DNA of 64,000 nt from Magallana gigas (taxonomy: Eukaryota), in the NCBI RefSeq assembly GCF_963853765.1, contig NC_088855.1, forward strand, positions 49,600,001-49,664,000. Reading direction: 5' to 3'. The notes below the pieces were generated by a model, which made no database searches, was not told the origin of the DNA, and saw only the letters and a program-made list of their open reading frames with translations. Position numbers and translations under genes: made by a program. Shown piece after piece: positions 14,921 through 28,504 of the stretch (positions are counted from its first letter, which is position 1; each line of letters starts with the position of its first letter).

Positions 14921-15954
14921 TCAAGCTATAATACTTGTGAAGTTTATTCTTTTACTGTGATTCCCAAAGCTTTACAGTCTGTGATGAACATGGAAACATT
15001 ATGGTGGAAGAGTTGTCTTCCAGTATGAGTGAATAAAGAGAATGGGTTTCCATCAAGGATGGATTGATAAACTGCAGCATGGCAGCTGTATAATGATGTG
15101 TGGTGATTGATATCCAATCATAAACTTTAATCTCCCAAAAACATCAATGATCTTAAAATTAAGAGGTTTTTTTATGCTCCTGAAATGTAATTGTGATAGA
15201 GATAAATTTTTTATGTAAATGTGATGTTTTCATTACTTGTGTTGATAGTTTATTTTTATAAAGATATCCCTTTGTGTATTACTTTTTGTATTTTTCCTGC
15301 TCTTGTCTTTTGTAATATTGATGTAACATTATCTTGTTCCTGCTGAGATCATTTAGAGCAACTGGTTATTGTTTTAGAAGAAGGAAAATGTTTCTGTGTG
15401 ATCCATTAATTTCTCTCATATTTTCCTCTGGAAATGCCAAATTATATTTTATACTTGTAAGCTGAAACAGAGCTTGTTTGGTTTTTGTTGATCATTTCAG
15501 AATTGTTTATTCTTGTTTGGTATACAGTTGCATCATGAACATAAATGCTTTACAAGAATTTTTTTGTGCATTTTTTTTTTACATGTATTACTATAACTTC
15601 TAGTACATTGCCACTCTTAAACTTCAATGCAATGATTTGCATACATTTTTATCCATCTATAAACTATAATTAAGCAACAGAAATGGTGTAATTAAGAGTC
15701 AAAAGTTACTTTACTTTAACATTTCTTTGCTTGCAATGCCTTTTTCAACAACACTCAACAACAATATATCAAGAGCAAATCAAAGTATGTTGAACAATAT
15801 ATTAAACCTAAACATGAAAATACTTTACAATTATTCAACACCAACAAAAGCACAACAAATAAATCTACTGACAAAGCATAGATTAAAAGACATCACACAA
15901 AATACAACATATTTGGCCTTCTCGGGGGCTACTCGCATATAAAACTGAAAAACT

Positions 15955-16189
15955 CCTGGGTTGACACCATCAGGAAATTATTAGCTGTAACTTAAGAAAC
16001 CCGGGTTGACACTGTCGGGTTAATAATGGTTCCCGGGTTGACACCATCGGGATTTAAAGAGTAGTTCCCGGGTTGACACCGTCGTGATTTAAGGAATGGT
16101 TCCCGGTTGACACCATCGGGATTTAAGGAATGGAACCTGGGTTGACACCATCAGGTTTAAATGCAGGGACCCGGGTTGACACCAGCGGG
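15955..16189. repeat. Seven copies of a 20-bp dyad core CCYGGGTTGACACCATCRGG, period mostly 32-35 bp
   Basis: Copies begin at about 15955, 16000, 16032, 16067, 16102, 16136 and 16170, separated by related AT-rich linkers. Confidence 0.85.
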
Positions 16190-17129
16190 TAGATATAACT
16201 AATAACATAATGCATAGAAATTTATCTGAATTGGGGGTAACCAGGCCAGTTAAAAAAAGAAGAAAGTTATTACAATTGATTGTGAGAGCCCCAACGACTG
16301 CATTGAGAACAAATTAAAATACAATTAAATGTCTTATCTAATGCATACAAAAGGTGAAGCATGGGGATGGTGGGTTGGATAATTAAAATCGCAATACTTC
16401 TATACGTCTGCTTAGCTAGGGTCCGGACAAAGGAATGATGCTACAAGTAGTTACTGAAACTTAATACAGCTTAGATAAGAGAATCACGTGGTGGCTGACC
16501 ACCAGAGATGTAGCTGCCCATTACGCAATGCATTACCTAATTTGGACACGGAATTTAGGTATCTGCAATAGTCTGGTCTAAAAATAACTACTTACAGAGT
16601 GACCATCGTGCTTGTTTGCATATAAAGTATAAAACAAAATCCTACATTAATTGTTGACTATAAAATAATATCCAGCATTTAAACCTAAATACATGTAGAC
16701 TACACATTACATGAAGAATGAAAATATACACAGTCATGAAAATAATTGGTTTATATGTATAAACAAAATTTTTTACACATAAAAAATAACATTTAAAACA
16801 TACACTCTCTTTTGATTTTTGGGGCATTTTAGGGAGTTAAAAATATAATTTTGAGATATCTCTTATAAAAATGATTGTGCTTACATATGCAGAGTGTTTG
16901 TTGTTTATTTCTAAGTGTTTGACGTACTTTATTAAGATAATTGCAAGAGATCAAGGAGCCATCTCCCATCCCCCATCATTCTCCCATCTTCCTATTTCAA
17001 GGGTTTTTATCAGAACAGATCAGAAACCCTCGACTATAGAAAATGGATCTTGCAGTTTTGTATACATAAGAGTTACAGGGTGTGTAACCTGACCAGCTGC
17101 CATCTTACAGACCACCTCTAGGGCCATAG

Positions 17130-18285
17130 GCATGTAACTGTGGAGACAGTACCAATGACATGTAACTGTATAGACAGTGCCAATGTCATATAATTAAAGA
17201 CTGTGTAAATGGCATGTAATTAGAGTCTGTCAGTGGTATGTAGCTACAGAGACTGTGCCAATGACATGTAACTGTATAGACAGTGCCAACAGCATGTAAC
17301 TGTAGAGATGGTGCCATTGACATGTAACTGTAGACGATGCCAATGATATATAACTGTAAAGACTGTGCTAATGACATGTAACTATAGACTGTGCCAATGA
17401 TATGTAACTGTGGAGACTGTGCCAATGGAATGTAACTATAGATTATGTCAATGACATGTAACTGTAAAGAAGATGCCAGTGACATGTAACTGTAGACGGT
17501 GTCAATGACGTGTAACTGTAAAGAAGATGCCAGTGACATGTAACTGTAGAGACTGCCAATGGCGTGTAACTGTAGACGGTGCAAATGATGTGTAAATGTA
17601 GGTACAGTGCCAATGGCATGTAGCTGTAGAGACTGCCAATGGCATGCAACTATAGACGGTGCAAATGATATGTAAATGTAGAGACTGTGTCAATGGCATG
17701 TAGCTGTAGAGACAATGACAGGTAGCCAATGGTGTGTAATTGTAGAGACTGTACCAATGGCATGTAACTAGATACTATCAGTGGTATGTAAAGGTAGAAA
17801 CAGTGGCAACAATTTGTAGCTGTAGAGATTGTTCCAATGACATGTAACTGTAGAGACGGTCCCAATGACATGTATTTGTAGAGATAATGTCAATGACATG
17901 CAACAGGAGAGGTGGTGCCGATGGCATGTAACTATAGACTGTGCCAATGACATGTAACTGTAGAGAGGGTGCCATTTGCATGTAATTGTAGAGGCAGTGT
18001 CAATGACATGTAACTGTAGATGTTGTACCATTGGCATGTAACTGTAGAGAGACTGTTTCACTGGCATGTAACAAGAGACTATAAGAAGCGTGTATAAGTA
18101 GAGGCAGTGCCAACAGCGTGTAGCTGTAGAGACTGTGCCAATGACAAGTAACTGTACTTATGTATTGACTGAGCCAATGGCATGAAACTTTAGAGACTGA
18201 GCCAATGACATGTAACTAGAGGCTGAGCCAATGACATGTAACTAGAGGCTGAGCCAATGGTATTTAACAGTAGAGACTTTGCTAA
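17130..18285. repeat. About 28-bp minisatellite (consensus CATGTAACTGTAGAGACTGTGCCAATGA), about 40 degenerate copies
   Basis: Tandem array seen directly; it explains the repetitive minus-strand ORFs at 17186-18067. Confidence 0.93.
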
Positions 18286-19843
18286 CGATTTCTGTTACAA
18301 CAAGTCGCAAGCCATGGATGGGGCTTAAAGCATTAGCACTTAAAATAAATGATTGGAATGGCACACATTATATTTACAAATTAAGAATTGAGTCATCATC
18401 TTGCGTAGCGTTTTATTAACAATTGTCTTATTTAAAATTCACTTGGTTTCAAACGCATACCTTAATTTAAAAATAATTTCATAATAAGGGTCAAAATTTT
18501 GGATAGAGTGAGCAATATTGAAAATATACATTTAAAATTGAGCAATCTGTTAGCAAAGCGTTAAAATATAGCATAATTTTTTTTTTTAAATTATCGTTCC
18601 ATACTGATAGGAGAAGATAAAGTTGACTTGATGTGTCTAATTTGACTGCATAGCGTATTAAGTAATGTATAAGTATTAAGTATTTACTTACTAGGAGACA
18701 AACTCGTTATGATGAGCTAACTAATTATAACAAAATTTTTGTACATTATTTATAACAAGATAATTCTCTTTCTATTAAGATATCGAATTTTAAAAGCTAT
18801 ATTAAAACCTCTTGATAACAATATTTTTCCTTTCCCCAAAAAGAGCTTTTGTATTAATTAACTTGATTGATAGAGATTTTATGGTTTCATGTTATAACAA
18901 AATAATTCTCTTGCTATTACGATTTATAGAATTTAAACTATATTCAAAAATTTCGTGGTACATGTAACAATATTTTTCCCTTTCCAAAAAAGACAATATT
19001 CTGCTTTTATATTAGTGGACTTGATTGATGGAGATTTTATATGATTTTAGTTATATAACTTCAGTATCAATCGAATTAGATTAAAACTATATGTTTTGAA
19101 TCTGCTGAGAAGCGGTGGCGGATGGATTCAGAACATATAATTTTGATTAGATTGTTCCAGTATCGCTTTAGAATTAGAGGCCCATGGGCTTCTTTGTTTT
19201 TCGAAGCATCGTCTGTTTACCCATACACTGTATATTGCTGACAGGCATTACCAATTTAATCGGATACAGAATAACATTTTATATTGTATTTTGATCTTGT
19301 GCAAATTATACAGCATTATGTAAATCTAAATATAGAAATATCATGTTCTTTCATGTTGCTTCCTATGGTTCTGTAACTTCTGTTCAAGTTTGAAAAAAAA
19401 TTAGCTGTCATGATTTGTAGAAGAATAATTTTGTTCTACGTATATTTTATGTCTACAAAAAATGGTTTGCTTCTTTATCCCCAGAGATTATGGATTTAAT
19501 TAATGAATATGAAAATTATTCATATTAGTTTAATTCTACTATTAAGTTACTAAATATTAAATTATGCACGTTTTGTCGTTTACAAAGCAGAAGTCAGTGT
19601 TTTCTTTCTTAATTGTAATTTTATTCATAAAGTCATATATATTGTCCTATTAAAAAATATACAAAAATCTGATGAAAAAGAATACGTATATTGTACTAAT
19701 AATTTGGTCTTTCATTCTCTGTGGTAAGGGGATAACTTCAAAATGTTGAATATATATATATAAAAACAATAGATTCTCCATCTGCCAAACAGTTTTTACC
19801 AAATAAAATTACGTAGTAATCTTAACTGTTTGCGAATCTTTAA

Positions 19844-20183
19844 GGTACTTCACTACACCGAGACTTATACTTTTAAGACACTACGTCACAAGATGGCGAT
19901 TTAAATGCTTTGTTAAACTGTTTGTATCAATCGATTCAAGTGTATATCGTCATAGCTTAGTGGTTAACGTATCAGGCTTAGGAACCGCAGGTAATGAGTT
20001 CGAATCCACCTGGGTTTTTGTTTATGTTTACTGGATGAAATTTTTGAAAACATCATGTTTTATCTAAAATTGCACATTTTTTCGCCTATTTGACATATAT
20101 ACTTCTTATCCACCATGCTTTCTATCATAATCAAGTAATTTTCTGCTGATTTGAGAAACTATTTCACGGTGTAGTGAGGCACC
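19844..20183. mobile_element. TTAA-flanked MITE (Kolobok/piggyBac-type ends) with an internal tRNA-like segment
   Basis: TTAA|GGTACTTCACTACACCG ... CGGTGTAGTGAGGCACC|TTAA (15/17 inverted match). A-box-like TAGCTTAGTGG at 19953-19963 and B-box-like GTTCGAATCC at 19998-20007. Confidence 0.8.
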
Positions 20184-20583
20184 TTAAAAAAAATTACGTC
20201 ATTCCGGCTAACAAAATATAAAAAGTCCGTCAGCTAGCCATTCTTTTAGTTCTTTTAATATTTACTTTAAAGACCAGCCATATTAATTTTCTATTTTTCA
20301 ATCACCATCCAAATTCACGTAAGCTAAGCTTCAAGCTCAGAAGAGCTAGAAACTCGCCGCATATTCTCTCTATAGACAGAGGCCGGGACATGCATACCCC
20401 ATATGCTTTGCCTAGATCCACTTCTCTAAAGAAAATATTTAATTAACGCTGCCAGGGCGTGAGTTGACTCAGGACCCCTGACATTGTAAGGATGCTTATG
20501 CTTGTATTTATAATATTTAATGTTAATGGAAGTAGTTGTATTTATGAATGGAGAAATGACCGCAACTTTTGGCTATTATATAC

Positions 20584-20587
<4 letters not shown>

Positions 20588-20640
<53 letters not shown>
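20588..20640. repeat. (CT)n microsatellite
   Basis: Perfect dinucleotide run seen directly. Confidence 0.97.
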
Positions 20641-20643
<3 letters not shown>

Positions 20644-21609
20644 ATCTTTTTCAAGGTGAAAATAAAACATCACTGATATTTTGGAGTTATTTCAAAGTGA
20701 TAAGTAAAACTTGCCTCCCCATTCTGCATTCTGATATGTATGGCAGGCCAAATTCACAAAAAAGAGCTAAACATAGTTTCACAGTCGATAAACTAGGTTT
20801 ATCAGCTGTTAACTATAGTTTACGGATCCTAAACTATAGTTAATGATTCGTTAACTATAGTTTACATCTGTGAAACTATATTTCACGAATGTAAACTAAA
20901 GTTTACGAATGATAATCATAGTTTATCGATCTGTAAAAAAAATAAACAATAGATTTTGCTGATAAATATAGATTCACATTTGTTAATTATTTGTTAATTA
21001 TACAATCGTAAACTATAGTTAAGAGTTGTTAATTATAGTTTCACAAATCGTGAAACTACATTAATCAGACAAATTCACAAAAATGAGCTAAACATAGTTT
21101 CACAGTCGATAAACTAGGTTTATCGACTGTTAACTATAGTTTACGGATTGAAAACTATAGTTAACGACGTTAATCTATATTTCACGTCTGTAAACAATAG
21201 TTAACGCGATAATCTATGTTTCACATCTGTTAACTATAATTAAAACTGAAAACAATCATTTGCGATTGTTAAACATAGTTTATCTGATAAATATAGTTTC
21301 ACCATTGTGAAACTATCTTTAACAGATAGGTAAAGTTAGCTACTAGTAACTGGCTACTAGTAACTGGCTACGAGAAGTAAGAAAACCTAGCTACTAGTAA
21401 CTGGCTACGAGATAAAATCAAAGTTGGCTACTCGTAACTGGCTACTAGTAACTGGCTTCGAGAAGTAAGAGAAGCTAGCTACTAGTAACTGGCTACGAGA
21501 TGAAAGAAACTTGGCTTCTAGTTACTTCTTACTGTCCATGTAAGAACACATACCTAGGATTTTCATTTGTGTTCTTAAGATGTACATTGCACTATATCAC
21601 TGTCAATTG

Positions 21610-24600
21610 TCAATATATCTCAAGTAGCTGTATATATAGATTGAAGATATATGCCAGACTTGCTAATATCAACATTATGTCAAGTCATCCACATAATATT
21701 ACGACACAATTACTCAGATATCCCTCTGTATGTAGTCAGCTACTTCTGAATTTCGTTACAAATATCTTTATTTTTTGTCTGTTTTTTAGCGGTTTTGTCA
21801 ATATATCTCAAGTAGCTGTATATTTAAATTGAAGATATATGCCAGACATGCTAATATCAGTATTCTATCAAGTCATTCACATAATATTACGACACAATTA
21901 CTCAGACATCTCTATTTATGTAGTCAGCTACTTGTGCATTTTGTTACAAATATCCGTATATTTTGGCGGTTTTGTCAATATATCTTAAGTAGCTGTATAT
22001 TTAAATTGAAGAAATATGCCAGATATGCTATTATCAACATTCCTTCAAGCCATCCACATAATATTACGACACACTTACTCAGATATCTCTCTTTATGTAG
22101 TCAGCTATTTGTACATTTTGTTACAAATATCTTTATTTTGTGGCGGGGTTGTCAATATATCTCAAGTAGCTGTATATTTAAATTAAAGAAATATGCCAGA
22201 CATGCTATTTTCAACATTTATTCAAGTCATCCACTTAATATTACGACACAATTACTCAGATATCTCTCTTTATGTAGTCAGCTATTTATGCATTTTGTTA
22301 CAAATATCCTTACATTTTGACGCTTTTGTCAATATATTGCAAGTAGCTGTATATTTAAACTGAAGATATATGCCTGACATGCTATTATCAACATTCCTTC
22401 AAGTCATCCACATAATATTACGACACAATTACTCAGATATCGCTCTTTATGTGGTCAGCTACTTGTGCATTTTTTACAAATATCCTTACATTTTGACGCT
22501 TTTGTCAATATATTGCAAGTAGCTGTATATTTAGATTGAAGATATGTGCCAGATATGCTATTATCAACATTCCTTCAAGTCATCCACATAATATTACGAC
22601 ATTATTACTCAGATATCGCTCTTTATGTGGTCAGCTACTTGCGCATTTTGTGATAAATATCCTCATATTTTGACGGTTTTGTCAATATATCTCAAGTAGC
22701 TGTATATTTAAACTGAAGATATATACCAGACATGCTATTATCAACATTCCTTCAAGTCATCTACATAATATTACGACATAATTACTCAGATATCTCTCTT
22801 TATGTAGTTAGCTACTTGTGCATTTTGTTACAAATATCGTTATTTTTTTACGGTTTCGTCAATATATTGCAAGTAGCTGTATATTTAGATTGAAGATATG
22901 TGCCAGATATGCTATTATCAACATTCCTTCAAGTCATCCACATAATATTACGACATAATTACTCAGATATCGCTCTTTATTTGGTCAGCTACTTGTGCAT
23001 TTTGTTACAAATATCTTTATATTTTGACGATTTTGTCAATATATTGCAAGTAGCTGTATATTTAAACTGAAGATATATGCCAGACATTGTATTATCAACA
23101 TTGCTTCAAGTCATCCACATAATATTACGACATAATTACTCAGATATCGTTCTTTATGTGGTCACCTACTTGCGCGTTTTGTTACAAATATCGTCATATT
23201 TTGGCGGTTTTGTCAATATATCTCAAGTAGCTGTATATTTAAACCGAAAATATATGTCAGACATGCTATTATCAACATTCCTTCAAGCCATTTACATAAT
23301 ATTTCGACACAATTACTCAGATATCTCTCTTTATGTGGTCAGCTACTTGCGCATTTTGTTACAAATATCCTTATATTTTGACGCTTTTGTCAATATATTG
23401 CAAGTAGCTGTATATTTAAACTGAAGATATATGCCAGACATTGTATTATCAACATTGCTTAAAGTCATCCGCATAATATTACGACACAATTACTCAGATA
23501 TTTCCCTTTATGTGGTCAGCTACTTGTGCATTTTGTTACAAATATCTTTATTTTTTGGCGGTTTTGTCAATATATCTCAAGTAGCTGTATATAGAATGCT
23601 GATATATACAAGTCATGTTCATTTTAATATTATATTAGGACATTCACATGATATTACGACATAATTACTTATATATCTTTCTCAATCTCATCAGCTACAA
23701 GTGCATTTTGTTATAAAAACTTCCATTTTCAACAGTTTAGTTGATAAACCTCAAGTAGCTGTGTAAAAAAATGAAGATATTTACTAGTGTGGTTGATTTA
23801 AACATTCTATAAGGTCACCAACATGATATTATGACACAATTACTTAGATATCCCTTTAAATCTCATCATCTTCTAAAACATTTTGTTAAAAATATTTCTC
23901 TTTTTTTTAGGATTTTGTCAACATTTTGTCAATATATCTCAAGTAGCTGTATATTTAAACCGAAAATATATGTCAGACATGCTATTATCAACATTCCTTC
24001 AAGCCATTTACATAATATTTCGACACAATTACTCAGATATCTCTCTTTATGTGGTCAGCTACTTGCGCATTTTGTTACAAATATCCTTATATTTTGACGC
24101 TTTTGTCAATATATTGCAAGTAGCTGTATATTTAAACTGAAGATATATGCCAGACATTGTATTATCAACATTGCTTAAAGTCATCCGCATAATATTACGA
24201 CACAATTACTCAGATATTTCCCTTTATGTGGTCAGCTACTTGCGCATTTTGTTACAAATATCCTTATATTTTGACGCTTTTGTCAATATATTGCAAGTAG
24301 CTGTATATTTAAACTGAAGATATATGCCAGACATTGTATTATCAACATTGCTTAAAGTCATCCGCATAATATTACGACACAATTACTCAGATATTTCCCT
24401 TTATGTGGTCAGCTACTTGTGCATTTTGTTACAAATATCTTTATTTTTTGGCGGTTTTGTCAATATATCTCAAGTAGCTGTATATAGAATGCTGATATAT
24501 ACAAGTCATGTTCATTTTAATATTATATTAGGACATTCACATGATATTACGACATAATTACTTATATATCTTTCTCAATCTCATCAGCTACAAGTGCATT

Positions 24601-24960
24601 TTGTTATAAAAACTTCCATTTTCAACAGTTTAGTTGATAAACCTCAAGTAGCTGTGTAAAAAAATGAAGATATTTACTAGTGTGGTTGATTTAAACATTC
24701 TATAAGGTCACCAACATGATATTATGACACAATTACTTAGATATCCCTTTAAATCTCATCATCTTCTAAAACATTTTGTTAAAAATATTTCTCTTTTTTT
24801 TAGGATTTTGTCAACATTTTTCAAGTAGCTTTATGTATAGACTGCTCATATTAACCAGTCTTGCTTATTTCAACATTCTAGTAGGTCATCCACATGATAT
24901 TACGGCACAACTACTCAGATATCACTCATAATCTCGTCAGCTACAACTGCATTTCTTTAC
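21610..24960 (+). repeat. 177-bp satellite array, left arm, about 19 monomers
   Basis: Equivalent positions at 21790, 21967, 22144, 22321 give a period of 177 (59 codons), which explains the recurrent same-frame ORFs. Confidence 0.93.
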
Positions 24961-25234
24961 AAATATCTTCATTTTTAACACTTTCCATGTTACTCAAGTT
25001 TCTGTACATAAAGATGTACATAAAGATTAAAGATTAAAGATATCTAGTTTTCAATTTAAATATTGAAGAACAAACAAAAAAAATTAAATTCATAAATATT
25101 GTAAAAATCTTATCTGTAAGGGGATGGGGGAGGATGGGGGGGGGGGGCAAAATTTTCTTATAATTTAAATTTCACTGGTTATTTTCTTTCATTCACTTCA
25201 TCTTTTTAAGTGCACACGAAAAACGTATGGGGAG

Positions 25235-27310
25235 AAATAAAGATATTTGTAACAAAATGCACAAGTAGCTGACTACATAAAAAGAGATATCTGAGTACCT
25301 GTGTCGTAATATTATGTGGATGACTTGAAGGAATGTTAATCTAGCAAGTATAGCATATATCTTCAATTTAAATATACAGCTACTTGAGATATATTGACAA
25401 AACCGCCAAAAAATGAGGATATTTGTAACAAAATGCACAAGTAGCGGACTAAATCAAGAAAGATATCTGAGATATTATGTCGTAATATTATGTGGATGAC
25501 TTTTAGAAATGTTGATAATAGCACGTCTGGCATATATCGTCCATTTAAATATACAGCTACTTGAGATATATTGACAAAACCGACAAAAAATAAAGATATT
25601 TGTAACAAAATGCACAAGTACCTGACTACATAAAGAGAGATATATGAGTAACTGTGTCGTAATATTATGTGGATGACTTGAAGGAATGATGATAATAGCA
25701 TGTCTGGCATATATCTTTAATCTATATATTCAGCTACTTAAGATATATAGACAAAACAGACAAAAAATAAAGATATTTGTAACGAAATGCACAAGTAGCT
25801 GACTACATAAAGAGCGATAACTGAGAAATTGTGTCGTAATATTATGTGGCTGACGTGAAGGAATGTTGATAATAGCATGTCTGTCATATATCTTCTATTT
25901 AAATATACAGCTACGTTGGATATATTGACAACCCCGCAAAAAATAAAGATATTTGTAACAAAATGCACAAGTAGCTGACTACATAAAGAGAGATATCTGA
26001 GTAATTGTGTCGTAATATTATGTGGATGACTTGACAGAATGTTGGTATTAGCATGTCTGGCATATATCTTCAATCTATATGTACAGCTACTTGAGATAGA
26101 TAGACAAAACAGCCAAAAAAGAATGATATTTGTAACAAAATGCACAAGTAGCTGACTACATAAAGAGAGATATCTGAGTAATTGTGTCGTAATATTATGT
26201 GGATGACTTAACAGAATGTTGATATTAGCATTCCGGCATATATCTTCAATCTATATGTACAGCTACTTGAGATATATTGACAAAACAGACAAAAAATCAA
26301 GATATTTATAACGAAATGCACAAGTAGCTGACTACATAAAGAGAGATATCTGAGTAATTGTGCCGTAATATTATGAGAATGACTTGACAGAATGTTGATA
26401 TTAGCATGTCTGGCATATATCTTCAATCTATATATTCAGCTACTAAAGATATATTCATAAAACCGCCAAAAAATAAAGATATTTGTAACAAAATGCACAA
26501 GTAGCTTACTACATAAAGGGAGATATCTGAGTAATTGTATCGTAATATTATGTGGATGACTTGACAGAATGTTGGTATTAGCATGTCTGGCATATATCTT
26601 CAATATATATATTCAGCTACTTGAGATATATAGACAAAACTGACAAAAAATAAAGATATTTGTAACGAAATGCACAAGTAGCTGACTACATAAAGAGAGA
26701 TATCTGAGTAATTATGTCGTAATATTATGTGGATGACTTGACAGAATGTTGATATTAGCATTCCGGCATATATCTTCAATCTATATATTCAGCTATTTGA
26801 GATATATAGACAAAACAGACAAAAAATAAAGATATTTGTAACGAAATGCACAAGTAGCTGACTATATAAAGAGAGATATCTGAGTAATTGTATCGTAATA
26901 TTTTGTGGATGACTTGACAGAATGTTGGTATTAGCATGTCTGACAAATGTCTTAAATATATTTGTACAGCTACTTGAGATATATAGACGAAACAGCAAAA
27001 AGATAAAGATATTTGTAACAAAATGCACAAGTAGCTGACTACATAAAGGGAGATATCTGAGTAATTGTGCCGTAATATTATGTGGATGATTTGACAGAAT
27101 GTTGATATCAGCATGTCTGGCATATATCTTTAATCTATATGTACAGCTACTTGAGATATATAGACAAAACAGACAAAAAATAAAGATATTTGTAACGAAA
27201 TGCACAAGTAGCTGACTACATAAAGAGAGATATCTGAGTAATTGTATCGTAATATTATGTGGATGACTTGACATAATGTTGATATTAGCATGTCTGACAT
27301 ATATCTTCAA
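25235..27310 (-). repeat. 177-bp satellite array, right arm, inverted, about 12 monomers
   Basis: Reverse complement of the left-arm monomer; minus-strand ORF translations mirror the plus-strand ones. Confidence 0.93.
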
Positions 27311-28504
27311 TCTATATATACATTGTACAATCTATATTATTGACAATTGGCAGTGATATAGTGCAATGTACATCTTAAGAACACAAATAGAAATCCTTGG
27401 TATGTGTTCTTACATTGACAGTAAGAAGTAACTAGAAGCCAAGTTTCTTTCATCTCGTAGCCAGTTACTAGTAGCTAGCTTTTCTTACTTCTTTTAGCCA
27501 GTTACTAGTAGCCAGTTACTAGTAGCCAACTTTTATTTAATCTCGTAGCCAGTTACTAGTAACTAGCTTTTCTTAGTTCTCGTAGCCAGTTACTAGTAGC
27601 CAGTTACTAGTAGCTAACTTTACCTATCTATGATTAACAACTCTAAACTATAGTTCACGAATGCAAATTGTATCTGATAAATATAGTTTCACAATCGTGA
27701 AACTATATTTATCAACTCTAAACTATAGTTTACGAATGCAAACTATAGTTTACAGATGTGAATCTATATTTATCAGCAAAATCGTTGTTAACGTGCATTT
27801 CCTGACAGAAAAACATAGATTTGTATTCGTAAACTATAGTTTACAGATGTGAAATATAGATTAACATCGGTAACTATAGTTTAGGATCCGTAAACTATAG
27901 TTAACAGCCGATAAACCTAGTTTATCGACTATGAAACTATGTTTTGCTAATTTATGTGAATTTGGCGTGTTTTAGATTTGTAAACCGTAGTTTACTGATC
28001 ATAAAACCCTATTTATCAGATAAACTATGTTAAACAACCGCAAATGATTGTTTTCAGTGTTAACTATAGTTTACAGGTGTGAAACATAGATTATCGCGTT
28101 AACTATAGTTTACAGATGTGAAATATAGATTAACGTCGGTAACTATAGTTTACGATCCGTAAACTATAGTTAACAGTCGATAAACCTAGTTTATCGACTG
28201 TGAAACTATGTTTAGCTCATTTTTGTGAATTTGGCGTGCCATAGATATATGACTAACAGTTATAGATAGATACACAATGTAGGTATGAAAAAATGTCATT
28301 CATATCTCTGGTGTAATTTCAATGTTAACGTAATAGAACAGAAAAGATGGTCATAACAAACTATTTTTCCATGATTGCGCATAGTTAAGTTATAATGTAC
28401 GTTTAGATTCTCTCTAAAACGGAGGGGGTGGCTTAATAATCATAGATCCGCCCGCCATCTGCAGTTACTCTCAAGAGGGGTTCCGATGAGAAAAAATGCA
28501 ACGC

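Larger units (their letters stand above)
20741..28241. mobile_element. 7.5-kb foldback-like non-autonomous element with modular long inverted arms
   Basis: TA|TGGCAGGCCAAATTCACAAAAAAGAGCTAAACATAG at left and its near-exact inverse plus TA at right. Both arms hold, outside to inside, AACTATAGTT repeats, 14-bp GCTACTAGTAACTG repeats, a unique linker (21500-21610 versus 27330-27455) and a 177-bp satellite. Central spacer about 250 bp (24990-25235); no coding capacity. Confidence 0.85.

Noticed and set aside
15955-16189. CRISPR-like repeat-spacer array
   Set aside because: Linkers are short and related to each other, the context is a eukaryotic intergenic region, and no cas genes are present.
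17186-18067. Repetitive minus-strand ORFs (SLQLHVIG..)
   Set aside because: Translations of a 28-bp minisatellite in all three frames.
19950-20012. Functional tRNA gene
   Set aside because: A and B boxes are present but the acceptor and anticodon stems do not pair convincingly, and the segment is embedded in a TIR element; the same applies at 51070 and 59770.
21500-27310. Many 70-170 aa ORFs on both strands
   Set aside because: They arise from the 177-bp (59-codon) satellite period; no splice-consistent gene or known domain.
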